From assembly GCF_001194135.2 (NCBI RefSeq), contig NC_068995.1, positions 11,939,952 to 12,003,951 on the forward strand: a stretch of DNA of 64,000 nt, written 5' to 3'. This DNA comes from Octopus bimaculoides (taxonomy: Eukaryota). A model generated the notes under the pieces. It did no database searches and was not told where the DNA came from. It was given only the letters and a program-made list of their open reading frames with translations. Shown piece after piece: positions 11,700 to 24,619 of this stretch. Position 1 is the stretch's first letter, and the number at the start of each line of letters is the position of its first letter. A program made the translations under genes and the position numbers.

Positions 11700-12886
11700 T
11701 CAGAAACTTATCGTCCCCAAGAGAGAGAGAAGTATTATTAGGCGAAGAAGGAAATGGTTTCAAAGTGTTTAAATAAACAAATAAACGAAAGAGAAAGCAA
11801 CTGGGTTATTATAATCTATTCTATTGACATTGAAAATGAAAATGAAAATACTGCATGGTAATTAAAACTTAAGAAGTAAGACCTATAGAAAAAAACCCCA
11901 AACATTTCTGTAGTTTTGCAAAAGATCACATGATGAAGTAGATGTCTTCCCGTCACAAATTAGGGCCGCTGGTTGACGGGCATGGACCACTCGTTTGTTG
12001 ATCGTCACTAGTTTATTGAAATACTTAATGAACACTTCTATATTTGTTTGCAATCAATCTGGCACACATGGTTAAATATTTTAGAAATAGAATCGTACAG
12101 GGAGAACTTGCGACTAGTAATCCGTATAACGGGAAAAGAATCGGATGTAATAGCTATCATAAACAAACTACGTATAATGGTGTTCATGTTGTTTTCAAAA
12201 CAATCCCCTCAAAGATATGCGAAACAGCCCTAGTAAAAGGATTTCGGTTACTTTCGGAAATCTTTCTGCAATATGATAAAATACCCTGAAACTTGAAAGA
12301 GGATACGTGTCCTATCTATAAGGGAGGTAGCAGAGCAGATGGAAAAACATTACAGGCCTGTATCTGTGAATTTACAAATCAACAAAGTTATGGAATGTAT
12401 CAGCAGTATGCGGTAGTGGTGATGACTGTTTCTAGAAGAAAAAAAACATCGTAGCTTACTAATTGATACCTAGCATGATTTCGGCCTAGGTTAAAGCACA
12501 CTCATCCAGTTGTTGCAACAGTAAGGCAGTACACCAAAACGACTACGGAACCAACGAAAGGCTTCCGGTAAAGATGATAACGAGGCAATATGCATCAAAC
12601 TTCGTGACCTCGATACAGCTGAGAAAATATGATTGTTGACGTATGTTTTCTAAAATGACAAATGTTGAAGTTTTAACTATTCAGAGCGAGATACCACAGG
12701 GGACTACTTAGGAGGCATTATGGTTTTTTAATAGCTCCATCAGACTTCTCCAGAAGCTTCCAGCGCAGCCATCCACGAAAACGTCGACGATGATACTAGA
12801 ATATAAAAAAAAACAGTTCAAATAACAGATATCAAATGATTAGAGAGAGATTTTGAAGAAATAAGAAAAAAGAAGCAAAGATAAAT
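11700..12886 (+). pseudogene. Fossil CR1-type LINE ORF2, linker plus RT core (segment 1)
   Basis: Ordered motifs across frameshifts and stops: VPKRERSIIRRRRK (11713), IEKNPKHFCSFAK (11885), LGPLVDG (11960), EILNEHF (12018), CPIYKGGSRADG/HYRPVS..INKVMECI (12308), *HDFGLG*STLIQLLQQ (12471), SEIPQGT (12685), VDDDTRI (about 12783). Confidence 0.85.
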
Positions 12887-13156
12887 CATTTATTTCTTTC
12901 TGTCACTTGATTGCAGCCATGATGGTAGACAGCCTTGAAAGGTTTTAGTCGAACAAATCGACCCCAGGATTTGTTTTAATTCAAACCTCGTACTTATTCT
13001 ATTAGGCTCTTTTGCCAAACTGTTAAGTTACCGTGACATAAACACACCAGCACCGGTTACCAAGCCCTAGCGGAGGAGAAAGACAAGGACACACACACAG
13101 ATACATACACACAGATATACACGCACATGCACACAAGCATACATACACACACAGAG

Positions 13157-13242
<86 letters not shown>

Positions 13243-13420
13243 ATATATACAACGAGCTTCTTTCAATTTCCGTCTGCCAAATCTACTCACAAGGCTTTGG
13301 TCGGGCCGAGTCTGTAGTTCGGTAGTAGGAGACACATGCTCAAGGTGCTACGCAGTGGAACCGGACCCGGCACCACGTAATTGGGAAGCAAGCTTCTTAA
13401 CACACAGTCACGCCTGCGCC
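12887..13420 (-). mobile_element. Family B SINE inserted in the CR1 RT, 9-bp TSD
   Basis: Full tail-linker-head on the minus strand; aagataaat at 12878-12886 and 13421-13429. Confidence 0.9.
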
Positions 13421-13429
13421 AAGATAAAT

Positions 13430-13685
13430 AAAATATAATAATCTAAAAAAGAAACTAATAAAACATGAAGTTCGATGCAAGAAATTTTCAAGAACCTTAC
13501 AACATGCACCAAGTGAATTACAAATTAGTACACCAAGCTGGAAGAAATTTCAGTAGAGGAGTCAGAAGTAGCATCGAATATGTTGTTGACAATGAGTAAT
13601 GACTCGTTGTTTCATGAGCACATTAGGAAACTACAGGACATTCACCGGTGAGATTGCAAAATTATTCAGAATATGAGCGCAACAG
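13430..13685 (+). pseudogene. Fossil CR1-type LINE ORF2 (segment 2)
   Basis: NMKFDARNFQ (13462) and MSNDSLFHEHIRK (13592) correspond to the NxMxFNxxK and DxxFxxHI motifs that follow YADD. Confidence 0.75.
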
Positions 13686-13702
13686 ATCAAAGTTTTAGCG
13701 TT

Positions 13703-13800
13703 TACTTTCTTCTTTTTTCAGTTATTGGATGCGATCATGCTGGAGCATCACTCTGAAATATTTTACTCTAACAGATCAAACCTAGTACTTATTTGGTATT
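13703..13800 (-). mobile_element. Family B SINE tail fragment
   Basis: ttttcagttattggatgcgatcatgctggagcatcact ... ctagtacttatt. Confidence 0.6.
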
Positions 13801-13959
13801 TATTCAGTCAGATTATTTTAAATTTTGCGGTAAGCGTAATTTTACCAGGAGGTAAACCAAGCAACGTCGATTGTCAACCTGGCAGAAAGACATACACATA
13901 GACTCATGTATGCACATAAACATGCTCACACAAACATAGGCGTATATGTGAGTATATGT

Positions 13960-14150
13960 GTTCATACGTAGGGCTTCCACACTGATTCTGTGTATCAAAT
14001 TCCTTCGCAAGTTTTTGATCTGCTGGGCTTGCAGAAATAGCGCACAGGGACTGAATAGCATACATACCAAGCCGAGCACAGGGACTGAACACCCGAACCT
14101 AATTGGCTGCAAAGTGAGTACCCTAACCACATAACCACGACTTCGCGCGT
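13960..14150 (-). mobile_element. Family B-like SINE head, diverged
   Basis: gggcttccacactgattctgtgtatcaaattcc ... cagggactgaacacccgaacc ... taaccacataaccac. Confidence 0.55.
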
Positions 14151-14169
14151 ACGGCCATTGCTATTTATT

Positions 14170-14450
14170 GACCGAAAGACATTCTTTTCTCATTAAATGC
14201 AATATTGCTTAACTCAGTGGCCGATTCATACTGCCAACTGCACTGCAAAATTGAAGGCCTTCAAGGAATCTACTTGAAAAAAAAAAATTTCCATGCACCA
14301 GATGAGCTCCTGGAAGAAGATGAATGCTTTCAAGTTGTATTCTTTTGAAACATTGTGGGGATCGATATGCAATTACCAATACCTGCAAAATGGTGGAGGA
14401 ACTGACAACAAACTTTGGCTCTGAAAACTCTACAAATGTTCTAACAGGCG
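14170..14450 (+). pseudogene. Fossil CR1-type LINE ORF2 C-terminal region (segment 3)
   Basis: SYCQL, KIEGLQGIYLKK, MSSWKKMNAFKLYSFE / DRYAITNTCKMVEELTTNFG resemble the YxERLxxLxLxSLExRRxR region of CR1 ORF2. Confidence 0.7.
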
Positions 14451-14985
14451 CCATGTTATCATACAAGTATGTGCATATNNNNNNNNNNNNNNNNNNNNNN
14501 NNNNNNNNNNNNNNNNNNNNNNNNNNNNNNNNNNNNNNNNNNNNNNNNNNNNNNNNNNNNNNNNNNNNNNNNNNNNNNNNNNNNNNNNNNNNNNNNNNNN
14601 NNNNNNNNNNNNNNNNNNNNNNNNNNNNNNNNNNNNNNNNNNNNNNNNNNNNNNNNNNNNNNNNNNNNNNNNNNNNNNNNNNNNNNNNNNNNNNNNNNNN
14701 NNNNNNNNNNNNNNNNNNNNNNNNNNNNNNNNNNNNNNNNNNNNNNNNNNNNNNNNNNNNNNNNNNNNNNNNNNNNNNNNNNNNNNNNNNNNNNNNNNNN
14801 NNNNNNNNNNNNNNNNNNNNNNNNNNNNNNNNNNNNNNNNNNNNNNNNNNNNNNNNNNNNNNNNNNNNNNNNNNNNNNNNNNNNNNNNNNNNNNNNNNNN
14901 NNNNNNNNNNNNNNNNNNNNNNNNNNNNNNNNNNNNNNNNNNNNNATATATACATACATACATACGTATGTATGTATATATGTAC

Positions 14986-15023
<38 letters not shown>

Positions 15024-17064
15024 GTATGTGTATATAAATAAATGCATATAAATATTTATATGCACACATATATAAACATACATATTTATGCTTACATGCA
15101 CACACACTCACATATATAAATACGTGCCCATACATATTTAGGTATTGAAATATGTATACATATACATATGTGTGTATATGTGTATATACACATTTATGTG
15201 CGTGTGAGAGTGAGAGATGTACACATATGGTATATGTGTACATATCATATGTTGCATTGTTTTTATACTGTAATGGGTATGGGTAACATAGACCAAAACA
15301 ATTGTAAGTTGGATACCTGTTTATTAAACCGTACCAGAGTTTACTTACCTTTCCATTATGACACAGTTTCTCCGTTGTGAAGTATTGAGCTGGTATGCGT
15401 TGGACGTTCTGTATACATGTAGACATTTTTTCTAATGTGTTACACGCAGAGAAGCCAACCAAAATGAGCAATTCATATACGACCGTAATATAAACCACCG
15501 TAATATAATGCAATAGTTTTTATTGAATGTGGCATATGAACTTTCGACTAAAAAATTAGTTCGTAGGATGAAATGATATACCTGATTATTCTCAGGTGGA
15601 GTGAAAATTCGGAGAAGAATGAAAATTAAAATGGCAGCTTTTCTTGCAGTTTGGTGCACAACATTTTGATTATTCACGCTGAGGAAACTGTCATAATGGG
15701 AGCATAACTAATCGATGACACTGCTTAATACACACCAATGATACGCATGCGCAAACGCGTACACTCATACACAAACCTACACGCAAACATATATGCATAT
15801 ATATACATACATACATGTATATATATNNNNNNNNNNNNNNNNNNNNNNNNNNNNNNNNNNNNNNNNNNNNNNNNNNNNNNNNNNNNNNNNNNNNNNNNNN
15901 NNNNNNNNNNNNNNNNNNNNNNNNNNNNNNNNNNNNNNNNNNNNNNNNNNNNNNNNNNNNNNNNNNNNNNNNNNNNNNNNNNNNNNNNNNNNNNNNNNNN
16001 NNNNNNNNNNNNNNNNNNNNNNNNNNNNNNNNNNNNNNNNNATATATATATATATATATATACATATCTGTGTGTGTGTTTGTATGTGTATATGTATACA
16101 TATAAAGATTAAATACGAACGGGTCTTGTGCATATCAAAGCATCCTGGTACAGTCATTCTCTTGGGTGTATCTAATGTTATTATTTCTATATACATGTAA
16201 TCGTACCATCGAGGTGCTGCTCGTGTAACAGAAGGCCTTGGATACCGTTTCACTTCTCTCTCTATTAGAGAAGCAATTTTGAATCGTACAATTTTTCCCC
16301 CCAAATGTTTCTTCTTTGTATTTTCTAAACACATAGACAGATGTAATTAGCCTATATTCACCAACTACAATGGAATGTCGGCCTGTTAACTTTAGCAACG
16401 TGATAAAAAGAGAGAGAAAGAAGGTTTTACCTAGATATCCAGATGTTTATGTTGAAAGAATGTCGGGAGTCTTGTAACAATATATAAAATGGAAAACTCA
16501 CTTACTTAAATAATAACACTTCTTTCGTCGCTTTGAGGCTAAACGAATTATATTTACATCTATCTAAAACAGAACAGACTATTGAACGATGGCTGCTCAG
16601 ATCCGTCCATTGTCACTGATATGTAATTTTCTGATGAGTGAAGTTGTGGATTTCTTTAAATTTTCTTTTCTTTTCACATAAGTGGTGATACGCCACCAAA
16701 CGATGTTACCGGTGTCAAAAAAATAAATAAACCGAGTTTGTTTTTAAATATATTTATTACGAAGGATTCTGTTTCTCATGTTGTCCTTCTTATTCGTTTG
16801 ATATCCCATTGTGGGTGTTATTTTCACACTTCTTTGAAATCTATTCTTCGTGGTTTCGGCTGGGAATTAATAAAGTCAGTTCACTTGCAGGAGCGGAACT
16901 TCAAATATAATGGTTTTCCTGTTAACAAATTTTCAAACATATATATATAGACACAAACACACACACAGATGCATACATACATACATGCATACATCTTACA
17001 TATACAGACATACACACACACACATACATACATACATACATATACATATATATANNNNNNNNNN

Positions 17065-17099
<35 letters not shown>

Positions 17100-17461
17100 G
17101 TATGTACATATATGTATGCGGAGGCGGAGTTACTTGCGTACATCCATATACAAATATACATACATATACTATGTATGAATATATATATATATATATATAT
17201 ANNNNNNNNNNNNNNNNNNNNNNNNNNNNNNNNNNNNNNNNNNNNNNNNNNNNNNNNNNNNNNNNNNNNNNNNNNNNNNNNNNNNNNNNNNNNNNNNNNN
17301 NNNNNNNNNNNNNNNNNNNNNNNNNNNNNNNNNNNNNNNNNNNNNNNNNNNNNNNNNNNNNNNNNNNNNNNNNNNNNNNNNNNNNNNNNNNNNNNNNNNN
17401 NNNNNNNNNNNNNNNNNNNNNNNNNNNNNNNNNNNNNNNNNNNNNNNNNNNNNNNNNNNNN

Positions 17462-17509
<48 letters not shown>

Positions 17510-18467
17510 GCACACACACACAGACACAAATACAGATAGGGGTATACATGCATACGTACATGAATAAGTACATACATATATACATACATAGACGCACAAA
17601 CATATAGGCACGTATAGTCCAATGAGGACCTGTGGGTATATGGATGGGTACAGCTCCACAGATGTCTGTACGCAGGCATTGCTCTTAATTTCTTGCGTAA
17701 GAAGATAAATATTTGTATCAAGTTGTTACAATACTCGGGCAGATGTAAATTGCAACTATTTGATCCTCACGAATATACGGTCACATATACACATACTCGG
17801 GCGTATAGATATCCATGGTTTCTTAGATATGTATATATAGAGAATGGTACACAGGTGCACATACTTAAATATAAGTAGAGATTATATATTTATAACGGGG
17901 AGATAGGTGTATATAGAAAGAAAGAAGAAAGCTCTGGTAATATGGTATTGTATCAACATTACTTCCAAATACTCTCACAAATAAGACGTGTGTACACATC
18001 AAATAATATATCTTTTAATGGTGCGCAAAAACTCTATATTAAGGTAACGGAGAGCACATCTATGCATACACACGAAAATTGCTCTTCCTCATTAACTTTA
18101 GAAATCAAATTAATTTCATCACTTTGTATAAAGACATCTCGTTGGACATTGAAGTATAATGTAAGTAACAAGATTCCTATAAGCAGAGCATTTTGACAGT
18201 TTTAATCTTAAATTATTATGGATAAAGCCATTTTAATAGAATATGTGTCGATATGTAGTCCTATGAAAAACTACCTTCTTCCATAAATACCCGTAACAGT
18301 AGGTCACTTGATGCCATACCTTGTATAGTAGACTAAACCATTTATAGCTGTGAGTTCTCTGGTGGCTGACCAAGTCCGTACGACTCAGGTACCACCCCCA
18401 CACGCAAAGAAAGGCAACACTCCCTCAATTCTCCACATGCATACATACATATTTTACAAGCAAACAA

Positions 18468-18562
<95 letters not shown>

Positions 18563-19356
18563 NNNNNNNNNNNNNNNNNNNNNNNNNNNNNNNNNNNNNN
18601 NNNNNNNNNNNNNNNNNNNNNNNNNNNNNNNNNNNNNNNNNNNNNNNNNNNNNNNNNNNNNNNNNNNNNNNNNNNNNNNNNNNNNNNNNNNNNNNNNNNN
18701 NNNNNNNNNNNNNNNNNNNNNNNNNNNNNNNNNNNNNNNNNNNNNNNNNNNNNNNNNNNNNNNNNNNNNNNNNNNNNNNNNNNNNNNNNNNNNNNNNNNN
18801 NNNNNNNNNNNNNTATAAACTTATATACATACATTTATACACATTTTGCATTTGCAAGAATTCAAATGTTTGTTAGACACCACTCAATAGCATACTGTAC
18901 TTATTTGCATTGAACTGGTTTTCACTACAATAGAATAAAATACTTCGGCCAAGGCCGCAACGGTTTGCTCGGATCGAGATTCGAACACACATCATTACGT
19001 TCTTGAATTCAACAATCCAGATTATTCTCTTTCCCACATGTGGACATAGACATACACACAATCACAGATAGACGTAATGGAAGGAATGATTTCCTCCGCG
19101 TGTGTATATTTTTCTTGCTTCTCCTATATCTGAGTGCAGACCACCATATGTATACATCGTATGAATATAGATGATATATAAATAATTACAAATATACATT
19201 TAAGTCCATTGAAAGACACTCACTTCTTTTATTCGTATATATTATCAAAGTAATGATATCGTGACACGTGTAGTTAAACACAGGAAATAAAACATGCCTT
19301 GTTAGCAATTTATCAATATTATTACTACCATTGCTATTATTATTATTATTATTATG

Positions 19357-19401
<45 letters not shown>

Positions 19402-20504
19402 GCAATAATGATAATAAAAATTAAAAAAATAATAATGATAATAACAAATATTNNNNNNNNNNNNNNNNNNNNNNNNNNNNNNNNNNNNNNNNNNNNNNNN
19501 NNNNNNNNNNNNNNNNNNNNNNNNNNNNNNNNNNNNNNNNNNNNNNNNNNNNNNNNNNNNNNNNNNNNNNNNNNNNNNNNNNNNNNNNNNNNNNNNNNNN
19601 NNNNNNNNNNNNNNNNNNNNNNNNNNNNNNNNNNNNNNNNNNNNNNNNNNNNNNNNNNNNNNNNNNNNNNNNNNNNNNNNNNNNNNNNNNNNNNNNNNNN
19701 NNNNNNNNNNNNNNNNNNNNNNNNNNNNNNNNNNNNNNNNNNNNNNNNNNNNNNNNNNNNNNNNNNNNNNNNNNNNNNNNNNNNNNNNNNNNNNNNNNNN
19801 NNNNNNNNNNNNNNNNNNNNNNNNNNNNNNNNNNNNNNNNNNNNNNNNNNNNNNNNNNNNNNNNNNNNNNNNNNNNNNNNNNNNNNNNNNNNNNNNNNNN
19901 NNNNNNNNNNNNNNNNNNNNNNNNNNNNNNNNNNNNNNNNNNNNNNNNNNNNNNNNNNNNNNNNNNNNNNNNNNNNNNNNNNNNNNNNNNNNNNNNNNNN
20001 NNNNNNNNNNNNNNNNNNNNNNNNNNNNNNNNNNNNNNNNNNNNNNNNNNNNNNNNNNNNNNNNNNNNNNNNNNNNNNNNNNNNNNNNNNNNNNNNNNNN
20101 NNNNNNNNNNNNNNNNNNNNNNNNNNNNNNNNNNNNNNNNNNNNNNNNNNNNNNNNNNNNNNNNNNNNNNNNNNNNNNNNNNNNNNNNNNNNNNNNNNNN
20201 NNNNNNNNNNNNNNNNNNNNNNNNNNNNNNNNNNNNNNNNNNNNNNNNNNNNNNNNNNNNNNNNNNNNNNNNNNNNNNNNNNNNNNNNNNNNNNNNNNNN
20301 NNNNNNNNNNNNNNNNNNNNNNNNNNNNNNNNNNNNNNNNNNNNNNNNNNNNNNNNNNNNNNNNNNNNNNNNNNNNNNNNNNNNNNNNNNNNNNNNNNNN
20401 NNNNNNNNNNNNNATATATATATATATATATATACATATACAATCAATGCACACATATTTACATATATATAGACAGACATATATGCGTTTATATATATGC
20501 ATAC

Positions 20505-20907
20505 GTATACAAAATGATAGTGGCTTCTTCACCATCTCATTGGGCCAGTCATTTCTCTGCTTGATATTGGCTGGCCGAAGAAGAGCCAAGTTTGTGGAGA
20601 TACCTGAGAGTTGTTCTGGGACTGACATCAACTTTTTCTGCTATGTCAGAGGCCATGCAAGTAGGATTATCCTCCATACTTCTCTTAGCAAAAGGAAGAG
20701 TCCTGTCAGAGTGCACTGGTGGACCTGAAAGACGTGGTGTAGACTCCATCCCTTCTTTGGTGAATTGCACAATTACTTTATTAAGTGCAGAAAGCGGGAT
20801 CCCAAGGTTTCCAGGGATTTTACATTGTTAAAGTCCACCTTAAGATTGACTCACAATATGGCCTTTTGAAATTTTGGCTGTTCCAAGGCTTCTTTTGTAC
20901 GTGGCGT
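20505..20907 (-). pseudogene. Tc1-like transposase N-terminal remnant
   Basis: (ACG)PRTKE, LGIPLSALNKVIVQFTKEGMESTPRLSGPP, MASDIAEKVDVSPRTTLRYLHKLG, LLRPANIKQRNDWPNEMVKKPLSF: the paired-like HTH plus SGxP linker of Tc1 transposases, with frameshifts. Confidence 0.8.
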
Positions 20908-21045
20908 GATTAAATAGTCATATATGGAACCTGAAACATAAAGATGTCAATTAATAAAAAATATAAACCTTTTGAGGTTAAACATAAAATAATTTTGTAT
21001 GGGATGTCCATTTACTCCTGTCATGTGTGTATTTATATATGTATG

Positions 21046-21097
<52 letters not shown>

Positions 21098-21098
<1 letters not shown>

Positions 21099-21912
21099 GT
21101 GGTCTGATCAACAAATGTCCGGACTGTTGTCATAGTAACGAAGCTAAAGCTCGCAGAGTAAAGTCGCCTGGTACAGATTGACCTTTAACGCTGCTGTGCA
21201 TGCGCACTAAGTTTTAACGTTCTAGCTTACTTCCGCTGTTTACAACAGTGCTTGGAAGGAAGGTGTGTTGAACAGATAATCTGCATCAAATTTTGCCAAA
21301 AGCTTGGTGATACCTTCTCAAAGTTTTCAAAATTTTTCTTCGTTCCCGATACAAAAAATATCCTGTACAACTGAAACCCGATTGTCTTTTTTGGTCAGCT
21401 GAAAACAGTTTTAGCACAAACTTGGCAAACACGCATCCTATACGCAAATCTCCAGTAATAATAGACTGAACTGAATCGTAACCAATCTGCACCTTCTCTG
21501 AAAACTCACGGATGGTGATTCGACGATTTCCTATCACAGCAGCATACACATCGATGTTTTTCTCAGTTCTGTTAGTTGCAAGTCTCCCAGAACGCTTGTC
21601 ATTACCAACATTTTTTCGGCCATCTTGGAAACGGCTGATACATTTGTACACTTGTGTCCGGCTCATAAACTCCTCTTCATACACTTTCTGTAACCATGCG
21701 TAGGCCTCTGAGCAGGTATCGCCATCACAACTTACCTTGCCACACACCTTCCTTCCAAGCTTCGCTGTAAAGAACGGAAACGAGCTAGAACGCTAAATCT
21801 TAGTGCGCATGCACAGCAGAGATCAAGGTCAATCTCTGCCAAGCAGCTTCACTTTGCATGCTTTAGCTCCGTTACTATGGCAACAATCCGGATACTTATT
21901 GATCATACGTCG
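21098..21912 (-). mobile_element. Mariner-derived element made of two inverted 5' ends, inserted in (TA)n
   Basis: 171-bp inverted arms 21098-21268 and 21742-21912, TA on both flanks; minus ORF 21286-21747 (SRTQVYKCISRFQDGR..DKRSGR..NRRITIRE..FVLKLFS) is a mariner HTH; the left arm continues into EQIICIKFCQKLGDT. Confidence 0.9.
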
Positions 21913-23711
21913 TATATATATATATATTTATGTATATGTATATGGATGTTCGTATGTGTGTACGTATGTGTGTTGTTGCTACATGGTGCATCAGGCTTAC
22001 AGAGAAACTGTATAATTACGATAAAACATGATATGTAGATACTTTTTAGACGACGTTAAAAATAGCACAAGCCATTAGTCATCGTAATAAATGATGTTCA
22101 TTTGTTTACTTATAAAATAATAGTGTTCATTATAAAGACTTACATACACATTTGTTTCATCAAAATACAATATATTTTATGATGTATATAAACGTCAGTA
22201 TTATCATTGCCTTCATATACATCAGCTGTAATCAATAATGTGCCAATAATTATGATTTTTCATAACCTCTTGCGCGTTAATCTTGCATTTTCTGACACTT
22301 AACAAAGCTGATTACTAGGAAAATTCAATAATAATTATTAGAGAGAAAGAGAGAGGAAACTGCGGCAGGAAGGCTTAGGATAACAATTCAATGGTATACA
22401 CAAGTATATATAAGAATTGCATTAGCTCATGTACACAAAGAAAAGCATTCATGACTAGTAATCTTGTGTGCGTTTGAGAGTGTGTATATATATATATATA
22501 TATATATNNNNNNNNNNNNNNNNNNNNNNNNNNNNNNNNNNNNNNNNNNNNNNNNNNNNNNNNNNNNNNNNNNNNNNNNNNNNNNNNNNNNNNNNNNNNN
22601 NNNNNNNNNNNNNNNNNNNNNNNNNNNNNNNNNNNNNNNNNNNNNNNNNNNNNNNNNNNNNNNNNNNNNNNNNNNNNNNNNNNNNNNNNNNNNNNNNNNN
22701 NNNNNNNNNNNNNNNNNNNNNNNNNNNNNNNNNNNNNNNNNNNNNNNNNNNNNNNNNNNNNNNNNNNNNNNNNNNNNNNNNNNNNNNNNNNNNNNNNNNN
22801 NNNNNNNNNNNNNNNNNNNNNNNNNNNNNNNNNNNNNNNNNNNNNNNNNNNNNNNNNNNNNNNNNNNNNNNNNNNNNNNNNNNNNNNNNNNNNNNNNNNN
22901 NNNNNNNNNNNNNNNNNNNNNNNNNNNNNNNNNNNNNNNNNNNNNNNNNNNNNNNNNNNNNNNNNNNNNNNNNNNNNNNNNNNNNNNNNNNNNNNNNNNN
23001 NNNNNNNNNNNNNNNNNNNNNNNNNNNNNNNNNNNNNNNNNNNNNNNNNNNNNNNNNNNNNNNNNNNNNNNNNNNNNNNNNNNNNNNNNNNNNNNNNNNN
23101 NNNNNNNNNNNNNNNNNNNNNNNNNNNNNNNNNNNNNNNNNNNNNNNNNNNNNNNNNNNNNNNNNNNNNNNNNNNNNNNNNNNNNNNNNNNNNNNNNNNN
23201 NNNNNNNNNNNNNNNNNNNNNNNNNNNNNNNNNNNNNNNNNNNNNNNNNNNNNNNNNNNNNNNNNNNNNNNNNNNNNNNNNNNNNNNNNNNNNNNNNNNN
23301 NNNNNNNNNNNNNNNNNNNNNNNNNNNNNNNNNNNNNNNNNNNNNNNNNNNNNNNNNNNNNNNNNNNNNNNNNNNNNNNNNNNNNNNNNNNNNNNNNNNN
23401 NNNNAAAAATATTAGCAATTCTAACAATAGATAGATATTTTATGTGTCAGCATACGAGCCCCAATTGCCAATAAAAATTTGAAATCTGTCACGTAAACTT
23501 TGAATAGCATTTTGACACGTCTAAAGTGTTATGAAACCTGCCTCTGCTTCGATGAATTCGTTTAATGCTTCTACTTATTTTTTTCCATTTGTTGCATTGT
23601 CTACAATCACTGACAGTCTTTCGACCAACACTTTTCTCTCTGGTATACGGCATTCTGACTTGTACAAGATTCCTGTGAAGCAACAGAGTGAAAATATGGA
23701 AACAAAACATA

Positions 23712-23928
23712 AAAACTTATTTCAGTCATTTGACTGTGGCCATGCTGGAGCACCGCCTTTAGTCGAGCAAATTGACCCCAGGACTTATTCTTTGTAAGTA
23801 CTTATTCTATCGGTATTTTATGCCGAACCGCTAATTTGCGGGGACGTAAACGCACCAGCATCGGTTGTGAAGCGATGTTGGAGGGACAAACGCAGACACA
23901 CAAGCTACTTACCACACAACCACCCCTG
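23712..23928 (-). mobile_element. Family B SINE with internal deletion of the CORE-like region
   Basis: Well-conserved tail joined directly to caagctacttaccacacaaccac (start of head). Confidence 0.8.
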
Positions 23929-24566
23929 CATACATACAAACAAAAATACCCTGTTGATGTTCTTGAAATTCCAATGAAGGAGCCTTGAATATAGGTTAAA
24001 AAGCGGCTTTTTATTGGCAAGAAATTTTGAAACAAAACTAAATAACGTAAATACATACACACACACTCAGACGTGAGATGTGTATGTGTGTGTGTGTGTG
24101 TGTGTGTGTNNNNNNNNNNNNNNNNNNNNNNNNNNNNNNNNNNNNNNNNNNNNNNNNNNNNNNNNNNNNNNNNNNNNNNNNNNNNNNNNNNNNNNNNNNN
24201 NNNNNNNNNNNNNNNNNNNNNNNNNNNNNNNNNNNNNNNNNNNNNNNNNNNNNNNNNNNNNNNNNNNNNNNNNNNNNNNNNNNNNNNNNNNNNNNNNNNN
24301 NNNNNNNNNNNNNNNNNNNNNNNNNNNNNNNNNNNNNNNNNNNNNNNNNNNNNNNNNNNNNNNNNNNNNNNNNNNNNNNNNNNNNNNNNNNNNNNNNNNN
24401 NNNNNNNNNNNNNNNNNNNNNNNNNNNNNNNNNNNNNNNNNNNNNNNNNNNNNNNNNNNNNNNNNNNNNNNNNNNNNNNNNNNNNNNNNNNNNNNNNNNN
24501 NNNNNNNNNNNNNNNNNNNNNNNNTACATATATATATATATAATCATGCGTGTGTGAACGTATATA

Positions 24567-24619
<53 letters not shown>

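Noticed and set aside
15270-15345. KLDTCLL as the possible extreme C-terminus of the CR1 fossil
   Set aside because: A single short motif, separated from segment 3 by a gap and microsatellites
16135-16398. SKAF-containing minus-strand ORF as an RT fragment
   Set aside because: No neighbouring RT motifs in order
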